Shown here piece by piece: positions 11,366-21,283 of a stretch of DNA of 64,000 bases. How positions within the stretch are numbered: the first letter of the stretch is position 1; every line of letters starts with the position of its first letter. Where the stretch lies: contig CAWIAD010000001.1 in assembly GCA_963833985.1 (NCBI GenBank), forward strand, positions 1,152,001 through 1,216,000. Direction: 5' to 3'. Origin of the DNA: an uncultured Planctomycetaceae bacterium. Its GTDB lineage: Bacteria; Planctomycetota; Planctomycetia; Isosphaerales; Isosphaeraceae. Under the pieces are notes generated by a model. The model had not been told where the DNA came from. It saw nothing but the letters and a program-made list of their open reading frames with translations, and made no database searches. The position numbers and the translations under genes are program-made.

Positions 11366-12134
11366 TACCGTGATTACGCAAATACCGAAGCATAACGTAT
11401 GAAGTTTACGCTGCGGAAACTGGCCAGACTTGCTATGGACGGGATTCGAATCCCGATTTGAATCGGGAAAGTCGCCGGTGGTTCACCCGCTCAGGAGTTT
11501 GTCGATGCTGGCGGGCACGTTAAGTCGAAGCGGTGAATCCGTGGCTTCCAATCGACCACCACGAATTCGTGAGCCGCTTCATGATCGTTCAACACCAGCG
11601 TACAGGGGTTGTCCAACTTGAACGAGATAAGTACCTCATCGCGTCGTATGGTGCACCGGACCAGAGGACACCTGTGCAAGGATTTGTCCTCGGTATTCGC
11701 TCCGGGTTGTGATTGACCCCATGCCGCGAGACTCAGGCGGACCACATACCGCGATGCGGAGATAGGTAGGATGTCTCAGCAAATCGGCGGCACCAGCCAC
11801 CGGCCGGTCAACCGCATGTCGTTTTGACAGTTCCGGTCGACGCGATCGGTGTCGCGTTAAAGCCACGGTGTAGCCAAAAAACAACCTGAACCAGCCATCC
11901 GGCCCTCAGAGTGCGAAAAAACGCGTGAATGCCTGGAATGAATCACCGCCCATCGCTAAGCTTCCTGGGTCTACATGCCTCAACTCAGATTAAGTGCGAC
12001 TCGCATAGCCGTCAGATCAAGTCATGGTGCCCTACGCCCTCCCTGTCATTGGGACATGGTAAGCGGAGACAGAGCGCGATCCAACTGTCGAATCCCCAGC
12101 AGAGGGGGATGTTGCAAAATGTGAGAGGTATCTC

Positions 12135-12770
12135 ATGAAACGGTCAGTGTTGTGGGCGGCGGTTCTGCTCATCGGAGCACTGGAGGAATCAAAGGCGGGG
12201 GAGATCTACTGGCCCGTGACAGGTCAGTCGTATCCTACACCCACGGGCCCCTTTCTTACCGTTCCGTATGACGCGACACTTTTCTTGCAGCCAGTCGGCG
12301 GCAGCGCGGGTGCCATTACTGAGTTTGGAATTGGCACGTCAATTCAGGACCATATTGCTTACTTCACTGGCTTGCCCTTCAATCCGAGCCCACCCGGCGC
12401 AGTCGAGGTGGGTTATGTCACTGCGGGAACCAGCCTCAATTTTTACGAGAAGTCAGACTGGCTGGGCGGCACGTACTGGGCGTTCTCCAACCAGTATGCG
12501 ACGGACCTTGCTTCCTTCATTGCATTCTGGGATCCGACCCTGAGTTTTAGTTCCACCGGGAGTATTGTCCAGCAAACCAGCCCCACGACGTGGGTGCTGC
12601 ACCTGGATGATGCCGCGTCCTTTCTTGTAGATGATAATAACTACGACGTGTTGATGCAGGTGACTCTGATCCCCGCTGCCGTACCCGAACCCTCGTCCCT
12701 GAATATGTTCATCGTCTCGCTTCTCGGATCGATCGGTTTTGCCTGGCGACGTCGGAAGCAGCTTGCTTGA
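12135..12770 (+). CDS. PEP-CTERM sorting domain protein
   Basis: Signal peptide; C-terminal VPEPSS + hydrophobic helix + RRRK. Confidence 0.9.
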   Translation: MKRSVLWAAVLLIGALEESKAGEIYWPVTGQSYPTPTGPFLTVPYDATLFLQPVGGSAGAITEFGIGTSIQDHIAYFTGLPFNPSPPGAVEVGYVTAGTSLNFYEKSDWLGGTYWAFSNQYATDLASFIAFWDPTLSFSSTGSIVQQTSPTTWVLHLDDAASFLVDDNNYDVLMQVTLIPAAVPEPSSLNMFIVSLLGSIGFAWRRRKQLA

Positions 12771-13234
12771 AACCGAATGGTCGGAGTGACCAGGACTGCC
12801 AGTGTCAATCAACTTTCACAGTGGCGTTTTCTGCCGTCCAGTGAGAAACGGTACGGACGTCAGTGAATCGCAACGGAGGTCACTGGGTGTGACGACGGCC
12901 TGCATTCGTTCCTGGTTTAATGTAGACGGGGACATTGCATTGCGGGTGTCTGGGTGTGGGGGATGCCAGTTCGTTGTTTTGGTTGCAACTTGCATTTGGA
13001 AAAGGCACCGAGGTACTCGGCGGAGTGCCGCGGCGGCGCCACCTTGCACCTGCAAAAAACCTCGCCGTCGCGTGAGCCAACGCCCGGCGGAGTATTGTTG
13101 ACCGTAGTGAGGGCCATGAATGCTCGATCGACAAACTTGCACAGTTTGTCGCGACCAGGACCGAACATCGCTCGGGTCCGGCTCTGGCGTGTTCCGGGGA
13201 CGCTTTGGAAAAATCAAAGCCCGGCCTGCGGAGG

Positions 13235-13712
13235 TCATGCTCGCACGAATTGGTGGCCGGGAAGCCGGCGCACCAGGCGTTTGAGCTCCAGGACGCTCAA
13301 TGTCGCCATGACCTGCGAGGCGGTGAGTCTGGTGGCCGAGATCAGCTCGTCCACCCCGACAGGATGGTTGTCGAGCTGGCCCAGCAGCGACCGCTCCTGA
13401 TCGCTGAGAGCGAGCTCGGCGGGATGACGGACGGGGGTCTCATCGGGGGCGGTGTGGAGCTCGCGGACCAGGGGGCCAAGCTCTTCGAGGATGTCGTCCA
13501 CCGTTTCGACAAGGCGCGCGCCGTCGCGGATGAGGCGATGGCAGCCGCGGCTGGCGATGCTGTCGACGGGTCCGGGGACGGCGAAGACCTCGCGATTCTG
13601 CTCCATGGCATGATGAGCCGTGGAGAGCGAGCCGCTCCGCGGGGCGGCCTCGACCACGACCACACCAAGACATAAGCCGGAAATGATGCGGTTGCGCTGG
13701 GGAAACCGGCCA
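13235..13712 (-). pseudogene. dprA: orphan dprA 3' fragment B (in frame, about 158 codons)
   Basis: FPQRNRIISGLCLGVVVVEAAPRSG...PGHQFVRA*; near-identical protein to the intact dprA C-terminus with many synonymous changes. Confidence 0.95.
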
Positions 13713-13861
13713 GACTTACTAGTGGTGCATGTGCCCGGCTGAGTGTACCGATGTTGCCAGTAGCGGGCGCGGCGGCGACCGCTGGGGAAGCGGGTCTACG
13801 TGGCGCGAGGGTGCCGCTGGCGATGCAGCCACTACCCCAGGCGCCAGGCTGATGTCCAAGC

Positions 13862-13930
13862 CTAGGGAGTTGCATATAGTATCCCCGGAACATAGGGAGT
13901 TGCGTATGGTGTTTCCGGAACTTCCGGAAC
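13862..13930 (+). repeat. tandem degenerate 30-nt repeat (TAGGGAGTTGC-TAT-GT-T--CCGGAAC)
   Basis: CTAGGGAGTTGCATATAGTATCCCCGGAAC followed by ATAGGGAGTTGCGTATGGTGTTTCCGGAAC; inverted counterpart at 15743-15776. Confidence 0.75.
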
Positions 13931-14223
13931 ATCTCGAGGAGATCGGAGGGCTTGGTAGCGAGAACCGGTGTACGATTCCCATTTGTTGCTTGGCTGATAA
14001 CAGAGATTCCGATATAATTTAGTGGGCCAGCGTGCTCCGGTACTGTCCTCCGTGCCCCTGCTGTTCAGCTTGCCATCTTCCAACCAAGAGATCGGGCACC
14101 TCTCATGTCGCAGCCGATTGGGGGAGCGATTCGCGGCGGCAACGGCTCCGCTCCAGCCGACGCTTCCCCATCCCGTGGTGAAGCCGCTTCGTCCAAGGAA
14201 GTGCATTTCTAAGGGGACCGACC

Positions 14224-15318
14224 ATGGACATTTCTTATGCGATGGCGATCGGAATCATCGTCGCCTCAGTATTTGGGCCAGGTGAAGATCTCTCGACAGA
14301 GGCAAAGAAAGCCCGCGAGAAGGACTATCACGAGTTTCTTCTCACGTACTTCAACCGTACTGGAGGAGAACAACGGGGCTGGACATCTTACGCGCCGCGC
14401 TTCCTTGAATTTGCTGAACGCGTCCCTGAGGACGAAGTCGGGTTTGACGCGTCGCAATGGATCGTCAGGTGGGATCCCGTAGGGAACGGGAGATCTGAAA
14501 GGGCTCTGTCTCTGCTAGCAAAGCATCATTATAGTTGCAGCCACAGAGACCTAATTCGACTCCTCGTCTCCCCGAAGTTCTTTGGAGTTGGTTCAGATAA
14601 TGTGGTCCATGTGCTTCGGTCGATTGCTGGTGCTGACCGAAAGAACAAACAAGTCACTGCCGAGGCCTCTCTGGCCATTGCTCAGTTCCTTTTCAACCGA
14701 GCCGAACTTGTTCGCCTAGTAAAAGCAGATCCCGGCGGCTCCCTCGCTCGCAGCCTTGAGGGCTGGTATGGAACATCTTATGTGGCCGACCTTCGGTCTC
14801 GCGACCCCAATGCCGAGAAAGCCAGCGGGCAATCGTGCTTTGAGCAAGCGCGAAAACGATTCCCGGAATTCATCAAGAGCCACTGCAGCTATGGAGACTC
14901 GTCGAAACACACGGTGGGACTGGACATCGATGGAAAGATTCTAAAGCTTGCCGATTACGACGACAGAGTCGTGGTGATTTGCTTTTGGGGGCAATCATGC
15001 CCGCCCTGCAGGGAGATGATTCCTTCGGAAAAAAAGCTCGTAGCTCGCATGAAGGACAAGCCATTCACCTTGCTTGGCGTGGCCTGCGATGCCGACATGC
15101 AGAGCACCAAGACGTACATCATAAAAAACGGAATTACATGGAAAACATGGTGGGACGGCGGCCCCACTCATCCAATCCTCGAAGAGTGGGATGTCCGCGA
15201 GCTTCCAACTGTGATCGTGATGGACAGTCAGCACGTGATCCGATATCGGGACATTCGAGGCGAGGAGCTTGAAGCGGCCGTCGTCTCATTGCTGGAAGAG
15301 GCCAAACTCCCGCATTAG
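14224..15318 (+). CDS. TlpA/thioredoxin-like disulfide reductase
   Basis: VVVICFWGQSCPPCREMIP (CxxC), WDVRELPTVIVMD; lower GC than the core genes. Confidence 0.85.
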   Translation: MDISYAMAIGIIVASVFGPGEDLSTEAKKAREKDYHEFLLTYFNRTGGEQRGWTSYAPRFLEFAERVPEDEVGFDASQWIVRWDPVGNGRSERALSLLAKHHYSCSHRDLIRLLVSPKFFGVGSDNVVHVLRSIAGADRKNKQVTAEASLAIAQFLFNRAELVRLVKADPGGSLARSLEGWYGTSYVADLRSRDPNAEKASGQSCFEQARKRFPEFIKSHCSYGDSSKHTVGLDIDGKILKLADYDDRVVVICFWGQSCPPCREMIPSEKKLVARMKDKPFTLLGVACDADMQSTKTYIIKNGITWKTWWDGGPTHPILEEWDVRELPTVIVMDSQHVIRYRDIRGEELEAAVVSLLEEAKLPH

Positions 15319-15376
15319 TTATTTTAGCGTCATAGAACACGCCGACCGAATCGCGGTTTGCCTCGCGCAGCTGATG

Positions 15377-15745
15377 TCAACTGCCCTTGCGGTTAACCCG
15401 GATCGAGAGGTATCTGAAAACACCACCGGCCGCCAGGGCAGTCATGGCACCAAGAAAGGACCAATACGACATCGGCGATAATGACGACGAGCTCTGATCG
15501 CTTCGGATTTCCGGCAGTCCGAAGGAGGCGAGTGTGAATCGTGCCTGGTCGGGCGAGCGTAGTTCGTCAAAATCGAGGAAGTTGAAGGTATGAAGACCGT
15601 CAGGGGAATCTATAGTGGCAGTTACTGGGCGAGGTATTGATCCGTCGTGTGGGTGCTGGAATTCGGTCACCCCATGAATGGTCTTGCCCTTGAAGGTCCG
15701 GGACAGATTGCTCTCATACTCCTTGATCACCCAAGCCTGATCGGC
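15377..15745 (-). pseudogene. C-terminal fragment of a membrane-anchored hypothetical protein
   Basis: FTLASFGLPE...C-terminal TM + basic tail; coding-like sequence begins abruptly at the GTATGGTGTCCCCGGAACTC motif. Confidence 0.45.
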
Positions 15746-15789
15746 GAGTTCCGGGGACACCATACTCAATTCTTGCCGCCATAGGGAGG

Positions 15790-15960
15790 TCACGCCCGCA
15801 CAAACTGATGCCCCCGGCAATCGTCGGACCAGGCGTTTTAGCTCCAGCACGCTGAGCGTCGCCAGGACCTGCGAGGCGGTCAGTCCGGTGCGGACGATCA
15901 GCTCGTCGAGGCAGAAGGGTGCACTTGCAAGCGGGCCCAGGAGCGAGGCTCCTGATCGCC
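15790..15960 (-). pseudogene. dprA: orphan dprA 3' fragment A (short, degenerate)
   Basis: [32 protein letters not shown], then HQFVRA* after a 1-nt shift. Confidence 0.9.
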
Positions 15961-16193
15961 GGGGAGCCGATACGACGACGAAGCGAGATTCAACATCGAC
16001 TCGCCCCCGTTGCTGCATCCTGTTTAAAACTAGAAATGATGTGATATGCAGAACAGAAGATAGTAGTATGTACATGCGATGCTGTTAGCCAGACTGTCTG
16101 AGTACTCCCGATAGATGCATGCAAGCATTTTGTGGTTCATACTCTACACTTTCGAAAACCCCGCTTGGGCGGGAATCGGTCTGGGTGGCGATT

Positions 16194-17390
16194 CTACGCC
16201 CGGATGAACTGGTGGCCGGGGAGGCGGCGGACCAGGCGCTTGAGCTCGAGTACGGAAAGGGTTGCCAGGACCTGAGATGCAGTGAGCCCCGTGCGGACGA
16301 TCAGCTCGTCGACGCCGGAGGGTGCACTTTCAAGCTGGCCCAGGAGCGACCGTTCCTGATCGCTGAGGGCCAGCTCGGCGGGATGGCGGACAGCGGGCTC
16401 ATCGGGGGCGGTGTGGACCTCGCGCACCAGCGGTCCCAGCTCTTCGAGGATGTCGTCGACGGTTTCCACGAGCCGTGCACCGTCGCGGATCAGGCGATGG
16501 CAGCCGCGGCTGCACAGGCTGTCGACCGGGCCGGGGACGGCGAAGACCTCGCGGTTCTGTTCCATCGCGTGGTTGGCCGTGGAAAGCGAGCCGCTCCGGG
16601 GCGCCGCCTCGACCACGACGACGCCAAGACATAAACCGGAAATAATGCGATTGCGCTGCGGGAAGAGGCCGGCGATGGGGCCCTGGCGCATCGGCAGCTC
16701 GGAGAGGACGGCGCCGCGGGCGGCAACCTCGTTGGCCAGCTCGCCGTGCTCGGAGGGGTAAACCTGCTCCAGGCCGTTGGCCAGCACCGCGATCGTCCGG
16801 CCGCCGGCCTTCAGCGCGCCGCGGTGCGCGGCCGCGTCGATGCCGCGAGCCAGGCCAGAGACGATCGTGAAGCCGGTCCGCGCCAGCGACGCGGCCAGCT
16901 TCTCCGCGATGCGCAGGCCGTACGGGGTGCATCGCCGCGAGCCCACCAGGGCGATGGCAAGCTGGTCGCGCGGCTCGAGCGTGCCGCGCACGTAGAGCAG
17001 GGCGGGCGGGTCGGGGATCTCCAGCAGGGGAGGCGGATAGGGCGGATCGCCACGCGGGAGCAGATCGACGCCGTGCTGGCGGCAGAGCGCGATCTCGACC
17101 GCGGCGTCCAGCTCCTTGCGGGCCTGATGGACCTTCTCGGCCACTTTCGGGCCGATACCGGCCACGCCCCGGAGCGCGGAGAGCGAGGCGTCGAGAACCC
17201 GGCCGGCCGTTCCGAATCGCTCCAGCAGGGCACCAAAGAGGTGCGGACCCACGCCGGGCACGAGCGTGAGCAGGATCAGGTCACTCAGGTCGTCGGGTGT
17301 TGCAGGCCGATCCAAGTCACGCTCCGGTCGTGGAGTACAGTGGTCGTCAGGTCCGGCGATCGACGGAGATCGAGGAGATCGACTGGTCAC
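16194..17390 (-). CDS. dprA: DNA-processing protein DprA
   Basis: IALVGSRRCTPYG, IVSGLARGIDAAAH, FPQRNRIISG, C-terminal winged helix; GTGA overlap with aroB. Confidence 0.97.
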   Translation of the reverse strand: MTSRSPRSPSIAGPDDHCTPRPERDLDRPATPDDLSDLILLTLVPGVGPHLFGALLERFGTAGRVLDASLSALRGVAGIGPKVAEKVHQARKELDAAVEIALCRQHGVDLLPRGDPPYPPPLLEIPDPPALLYVRGTLEPRDQLAIALVGSRRCTPYGLRIAEKLAASLARTGFTIVSGLARGIDAAAHRGALKAGGRTIAVLANGLEQVYPSEHGELANEVAARGAVLSELPMRQGPIAGLFPQRNRIISGLCLGVVVVEAAPRSGSLSTANHAMEQNREVFAVPGPVDSLCSRGCHRLIRDGARLVETVDDILEELGPLVREVHTAPDEPAVRHPAELALSDQERSLLGQLESAPSGVDELIVRTGLTASQVLATLSVLELKRLVRRLPGHQFIRA

Positions 17391-18526
17391 CTGGATACGG
17401 CGTCGAGCACCGCCCGGACGTCTTCGGGTCTGGCGGCGTCGGTCAGCTCGACGTGCCCGAGGGCCCTCGGCAGCACAAACCGCACCTTGCCGCGCTGGTT
17501 CTTCTTGTCTCGGCCCATGGCCTCAAGCAGGCCCTCGAGATCGAGACCGGCGATCGTGACCGGCAGCCCGAATCGCTCCAGCAGCCCGCGCACGCGCGCG
17601 GTGACCGCGGAGCTGATCCAGCCCAGGCGTTCGGCCAGCAGGCACTCGGCCACCATGCCGGCCGACACGGCCTCGCCATGCTGGAAGGCGCCGCCGTAGC
17701 CGGCAACCGCCTCGATGGCGTGAGCCACGGTATGGCCGAAGTTGAGCACGGCTCGCACGCCGGTCTGCTCGCACTCGTCACGGGCGACCACGTCGGCCTT
17801 CAGCTCGCAGCAACGGGCGATGATGGATCGCAGGCTCGCGCTGTCGCGGGCGAGGATCGCCCCGGCGCTGGTTTCGAGCATCGTGAAGAATGCCGCGTCG
17901 AGGATGACCCCGTACTTGACCACCTCGGCCAGGCCGCAGCGGAGCTCGCGGTCGGGGAGCGTGGCCAGGGTGTCCGTGTCGATCCAGACCCCGACCGGCT
18001 GGTGGAAGGCACCGATGACGTTCTTGGCCCGGGGGTGGTTGACGCCCACCTTGCCGCCGACGGAGCTGTCGACCTGGGCCAGCAGGGTGGTCGGCAGCAT
18101 GAGCAGGGGGAGCCCGCGCGTGAAGGTGGCGGCGACGAAGCCGGCGAGGTCGCCGATGACACCTCCGCCCAGCGCCACCACCAGGGTATGGCGGTCGGCC
18201 TGCATGGCGACCAGCTCGTCGTAGAGGGCGACGGCGTGCGCCACGGACTTGGTCGGCTCGCCGGGGGGGAGCACCGCCAGGCGGCAGCCGACCCCGGCCG
18301 ATGCGAGCGCGTCCCGGCAAAGCGGGAGGGCCGGCAGTCCGGCCACATTGTCGTCGGTGACCAGAAGTGCGGACCGGCAGGCCTTGCCGGCCCAGGTGGC
18401 ATCGAGCGCCGCGCGGGCGAAACGGCCAAGCCCTGCGGGATCGTCACTGCTGATCCGGACCTCGTAGGCGCGCGGACCCAGCGGCACGGCCACCTGGATC
18501 TCGGGTCCGGGATAGGTCACTGGCAT
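17387..18526 (-). CDS. aroB: 3-dehydroquinate synthase
   Basis: LGGGVIGDLAGF, PTTLLAQVDSSVGGK, LNFGHT, HGEAV, DKK. Confidence 0.97.
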   Translation of the reverse strand: MPVTYPGPEIQVAVPLGPRAYEVRISSDDPAGLGRFARAALDATWAGKACRSALLVTDDNVAGLPALPLCRDALASAGVGCRLAVLPPGEPTKSVAHAVALYDELVAMQADRHTLVVALGGGVIGDLAGFVAATFTRGLPLLMLPTTLLAQVDSSVGGKVGVNHPRAKNVIGAFHQPVGVWIDTDTLATLPDRELRCGLAEVVKYGVILDAAFFTMLETSAGAILARDSASLRSIIARCCELKADVVARDECEQTGVRAVLNFGHTVAHAIEAVAGYGGAFQHGEAVSAGMVAECLLAERLGWISSAVTARVRGLLERFGLPVTIAGLDLEGLLEAMGRDKKNQRGKVRFVLPRALGHVELTDAARPEDVRAVLDAVSR

Positions 18527-18734
18527 GCGGAATGCTAACTCCTGAGGAAGAACGTCGAGAAATCCTCGCCGTCGGGTCAAGTCAGTTTAACATGCGCGCG
18601 GCGATCGCCTGAAGAGCGTGCAGCTCGGACCCGGACACGGCTGGTCGCGTTGCCTCCCCGTAACGATATGGATAGGATATGGTAGCAAGGTCGTGTCCCG
18701 AGTGGCGATTGTTACCCACTTCGAGTGGCCCACC

Positions 18735-19817
18735 ATGAGCGATCCTCTGACGTGGTCCCCGATCCGTCTGGGCCGCTGGTTCGGAACGACGGTCAAGGTT
18801 CACATCTTCCTGATCCTGTTCGTCGCCACCGAACTCTTGATGGCCCTGCTGGCCACCAAGGCGGAGGACGGCTTTCGCCGCCTGCCCCAGACCGCGTGCT
18901 GGCTCTCGCTGCTCTTGCTGGCCCTGGCCATCCATGAGCTGGGCCATGCCCTCGTCGCCTACTGGCTGGACTGCGAGCAGGATGACGTTCACCTCTGGCC
19001 GCTGGGGAACCTGGTCGGGCCGTCGCTGTCGCCACGCTCCAGCGAGCACTTTCTGGTGGCGCTGGCGGGGCCGGTGGCCAGCGGGTCACTCTGCCTGGGC
19101 ATCGCCGTGGCGCTGAACCTGTTCACCGGCGCTCGCTTTGTCTGGAACCCGTTCGGTCAGCCCACGGACTCCGGCGCGCCGATGCTGGCCAGCGGCACCC
19201 TGGCCGTGCCGCTCTCGCCGGTCTGGGTCATCGGCTGGTTCGGCTACCTGAACTATCTCCTGTTCCTGGTGAACCTGCTGCCGGCCTTGCCGTTCGACGG
19301 CGGCCGGATGTTCCGAGCCTACCTCTCCAGCACGTCGCTGGTGTCCGCCCGGGACAGCAATTACGCTCCCTGGACGGCACGCGCCACGGCGGCCATCCTG
19401 TTCCTGACCGGGCTGGTGCGGCTGCTGGTGAAGTGGCGGGCGGACGGCATCACGGTCATCATGCTCGCGCTCTTGATCGAGCTCCTGGTGAGGACCGAGT
19501 CGCGGATGCTCGAGGACGGCGGTTATTTCGAGGATGGCGTCTTCGGCTACGATTTCTCGGAGGGTTACACCAGCCTGGAAAACAGTGCCGCCAAGGTCCG
19601 GCCGTACAAGGAAAGCGCGCTGCGGCGCTGGCGGCGGCGGCGCTCCGAGCTGCGCCGGCAAAGGCGTCTGGTGCGCGAGGCTGCCGAGGAACGGCGCATG
19701 GACGAGATCCTTGACAAGCTGCATCGCGAAGGCCGCACAGCGCTGACCGACGAGGAGCACCGCTTCCTGGTGCGCGTCAGCACGCGCTATCGCAACCGCC
19801 AGAAGACCCGGGAATGA
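18735..19817 (+). CDS. site-2 protease (M50) family protein
   Basis: HELGH, NLLPALPFDGG; C-terminal MDEILDKLHREG. Confidence 0.9.
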   Translation: MSDPLTWSPIRLGRWFGTTVKVHIFLILFVATELLMALLATKAEDGFRRLPQTACWLSLLLLALAIHELGHALVAYWLDCEQDDVHLWPLGNLVGPSLSPRSSEHFLVALAGPVASGSLCLGIAVALNLFTGARFVWNPFGQPTDSGAPMLASGTLAVPLSPVWVIGWFGYLNYLLFLVNLLPALPFDGGRMFRAYLSSTSLVSARDSNYAPWTARATAAILFLTGLVRLLVKWRADGITVIMLALLIELLVRTESRMLEDGGYFEDGVFGYDFSEGYTSLENSAAKVRPYKESALRRWRRRRSELRRQRRLVREAAEERRMDEILDKLHREGRTALTDEEHRFLVRVSTRYRNRQKTRE

Positions 19818-19886
19818 CGAATCGCTGGCCCTCTGTCGTTTCCTCCCTCCCTCGCGTCCATTCTGGACCGCTCCGGAAACCCACGC

Positions 19887-20357
19887 ATGACGACCCGATC
19901 GCAGGCCGCGCGGCCGAAGCAGCCAGGCCGATCCGAGCTCAAGCCGGGACAGTGCCTGTGCGATTTCTGCACCGGCAAGTGCTGCCGCTACTTTTCGCTG
20001 CCCATCGACACCCCGAACACCTGGGACGACTACGATTCGATCCGCTGGTACCTGGCCCACGGCCAGACCCTGGTGTACGTGGTGAAGGAGCAGTGGTACC
20101 TGCTGGTCAAGACCCGCTGCCAGTACCTGGCCCCGGACAACCGTTGCCGCATCTACCTGAGCCGCCCCAAGATCTGCCGCGAGTACACGACCGACGATTG
20201 CGAGTATGACGAGGGCTGGTCGTTCACCAAGGTGTTCGAGACCCCCGAGCAGATCTGGGAGTACGCCGAAGCCGTGCTTCCCCCTCGCCGGCGGCGCAAG
20301 CCCGCCCCGGGCGGCGGCCTGCCAATTCTCCAGCCCGCGGGTGGTCGCGCCCGTTGA
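19887..20357 (+). CDS. YkgJ-family Cys-cluster protein
   Basis: CDFCTGKCC...CQYL...CRIYLSRPKICREY. Confidence 0.9.
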   Translation: MTTRSQAARPKQPGRSELKPGQCLCDFCTGKCCRYFSLPIDTPNTWDDYDSIRWYLAHGQTLVYVVKEQWYLLVKTRCQYLAPDNRCRIYLSRPKICREYTTDDCEYDEGWSFTKVFETPEQIWEYAEAVLPPRRRRKPAPGGGLPILQPAGGRAR

Positions 20358-20460
20358 CCGCGGACGGGAAAACTGCATGATAGAGTCCAAGTGGTTGGCT
20401 CTTCGCGGCTTGCGGATCTGCCGGAAGGCCCGGTCCGACCACGGCGCTGGCAGTTCGACA

Positions 20461-21081
20461 ATGGCCATACGGTCAAACCACTACGAAGCTGCCTTCGAGG
20501 CCTACATTCGCGGCTTGCGAGTGCCGTGCGTGGCCGTCGACGAGGCCCGGCGCGCCATCTTCGGCGAGGACGGGCTGAAGAACCCCGATTTTCTGCTCTA
20601 TCCCCGGTTCGCCACGAACCTGGTGGTGGAAGTGAAAGGGAAACGAGGCAAGAATGCAAGGGGCCGGCGTGACTGGGAAAACTGGGTGACCACCGATGAT
20701 CTCGACGGCCTGGTGCGCTGGCAGGCCATGTTCGGACCCGGGTTCCGCTCGCTGCTGGCGTTCGTGTACGCGGAGTCACCGCAAGCCTTTCCGCTTCCCC
20801 GGGACAGTGGCGCCTTTGAGTTCCGCGGGCTCGAATACCGCTTCTGGGGGGTGGGCCTGGATGATTACGTGGCTCACCTCAGGTCCCGCGGGCCGGCCTG
20901 GAAAGCCGTCGCCATGGCGCGCGCGGCATTCCGCCGCCGGGTCCGCCCGCTCCATGAATGGCTGCCGATGGCCGCGACTGCTCCCCGTAAACCCAAACCC
21001 GTCAAGGAAACTGAACGATGCGGCAGAACCGACCTTCCTGGATCTCCAGGTTTGCGGCCGCGGTACTGGCGGTGGGCCTGA
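20461..21081 (+). CDS. HYExAFE family protein (PD-(D/E)xK-like)
   Basis: NHYEAAFE, KNPDFL, VEVKG. Confidence 0.85.
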   Translation: MAIRSNHYEAAFEAYIRGLRVPCVAVDEARRAIFGEDGLKNPDFLLYPRFATNLVVEVKGKRGKNARGRRDWENWVTTDDLDGLVRWQAMFGPGFRSLLAFVYAESPQAFPLPRDSGAFEFRGLEYRFWGVGLDDYVAHLRSRGPAWKAVAMARAAFRRRVRPLHEWLPMAATAPRKPKPVKETERCGRTDLPGSPGLRPRYWRWA

Positions 21082-21224
21082 TCATGGCCCCGGCCGCCAG
21101 GGCGCAGGTTGAGGAAAGCACCGGGGGCGGCGATTCCAAGGGCCGCCCGCTGGACGGCTACATCGCCACCGGCATGCTCTGCGGGCTGGCCCTGTTCATC
21201 ATCGCCAAGTCGGCCCGGCGCTGA
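21018..21224 (+). CDS. small membrane protein
   Basis: Signal peptide plus C-terminal TM ending AKSARR. Confidence 0.55.
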   Translation: MRQNRPSWISRFAAAVLAVGLIMAPAARAQVEESTGGGDSKGRPLDGYIATGMLCGLALFIIAKSARR

Positions 21225-21283
21225 AGGCCAACGCTCAGGGCGCACCGGCTCATGTTTCCTCGTGGCAGCCAGGGAGGCCGGCC

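Noticed and set aside
12800..13180. IS end or ncRNA in the non-coding cargo
   Set aside because: No convincing terminal repeats, transposase remnant or recognisable RNA family by eye
11058..15960. dprA tails as att sites of a single site-specific integrase
   Set aside because: The fragments begin at three different positions and no integrase is adjacent
15377..16075. 232-aa ORF as a real gene
   Set aside because: Chimera of AT-rich sequence, dprA tail A, the repeat motif and a separate gene fragment
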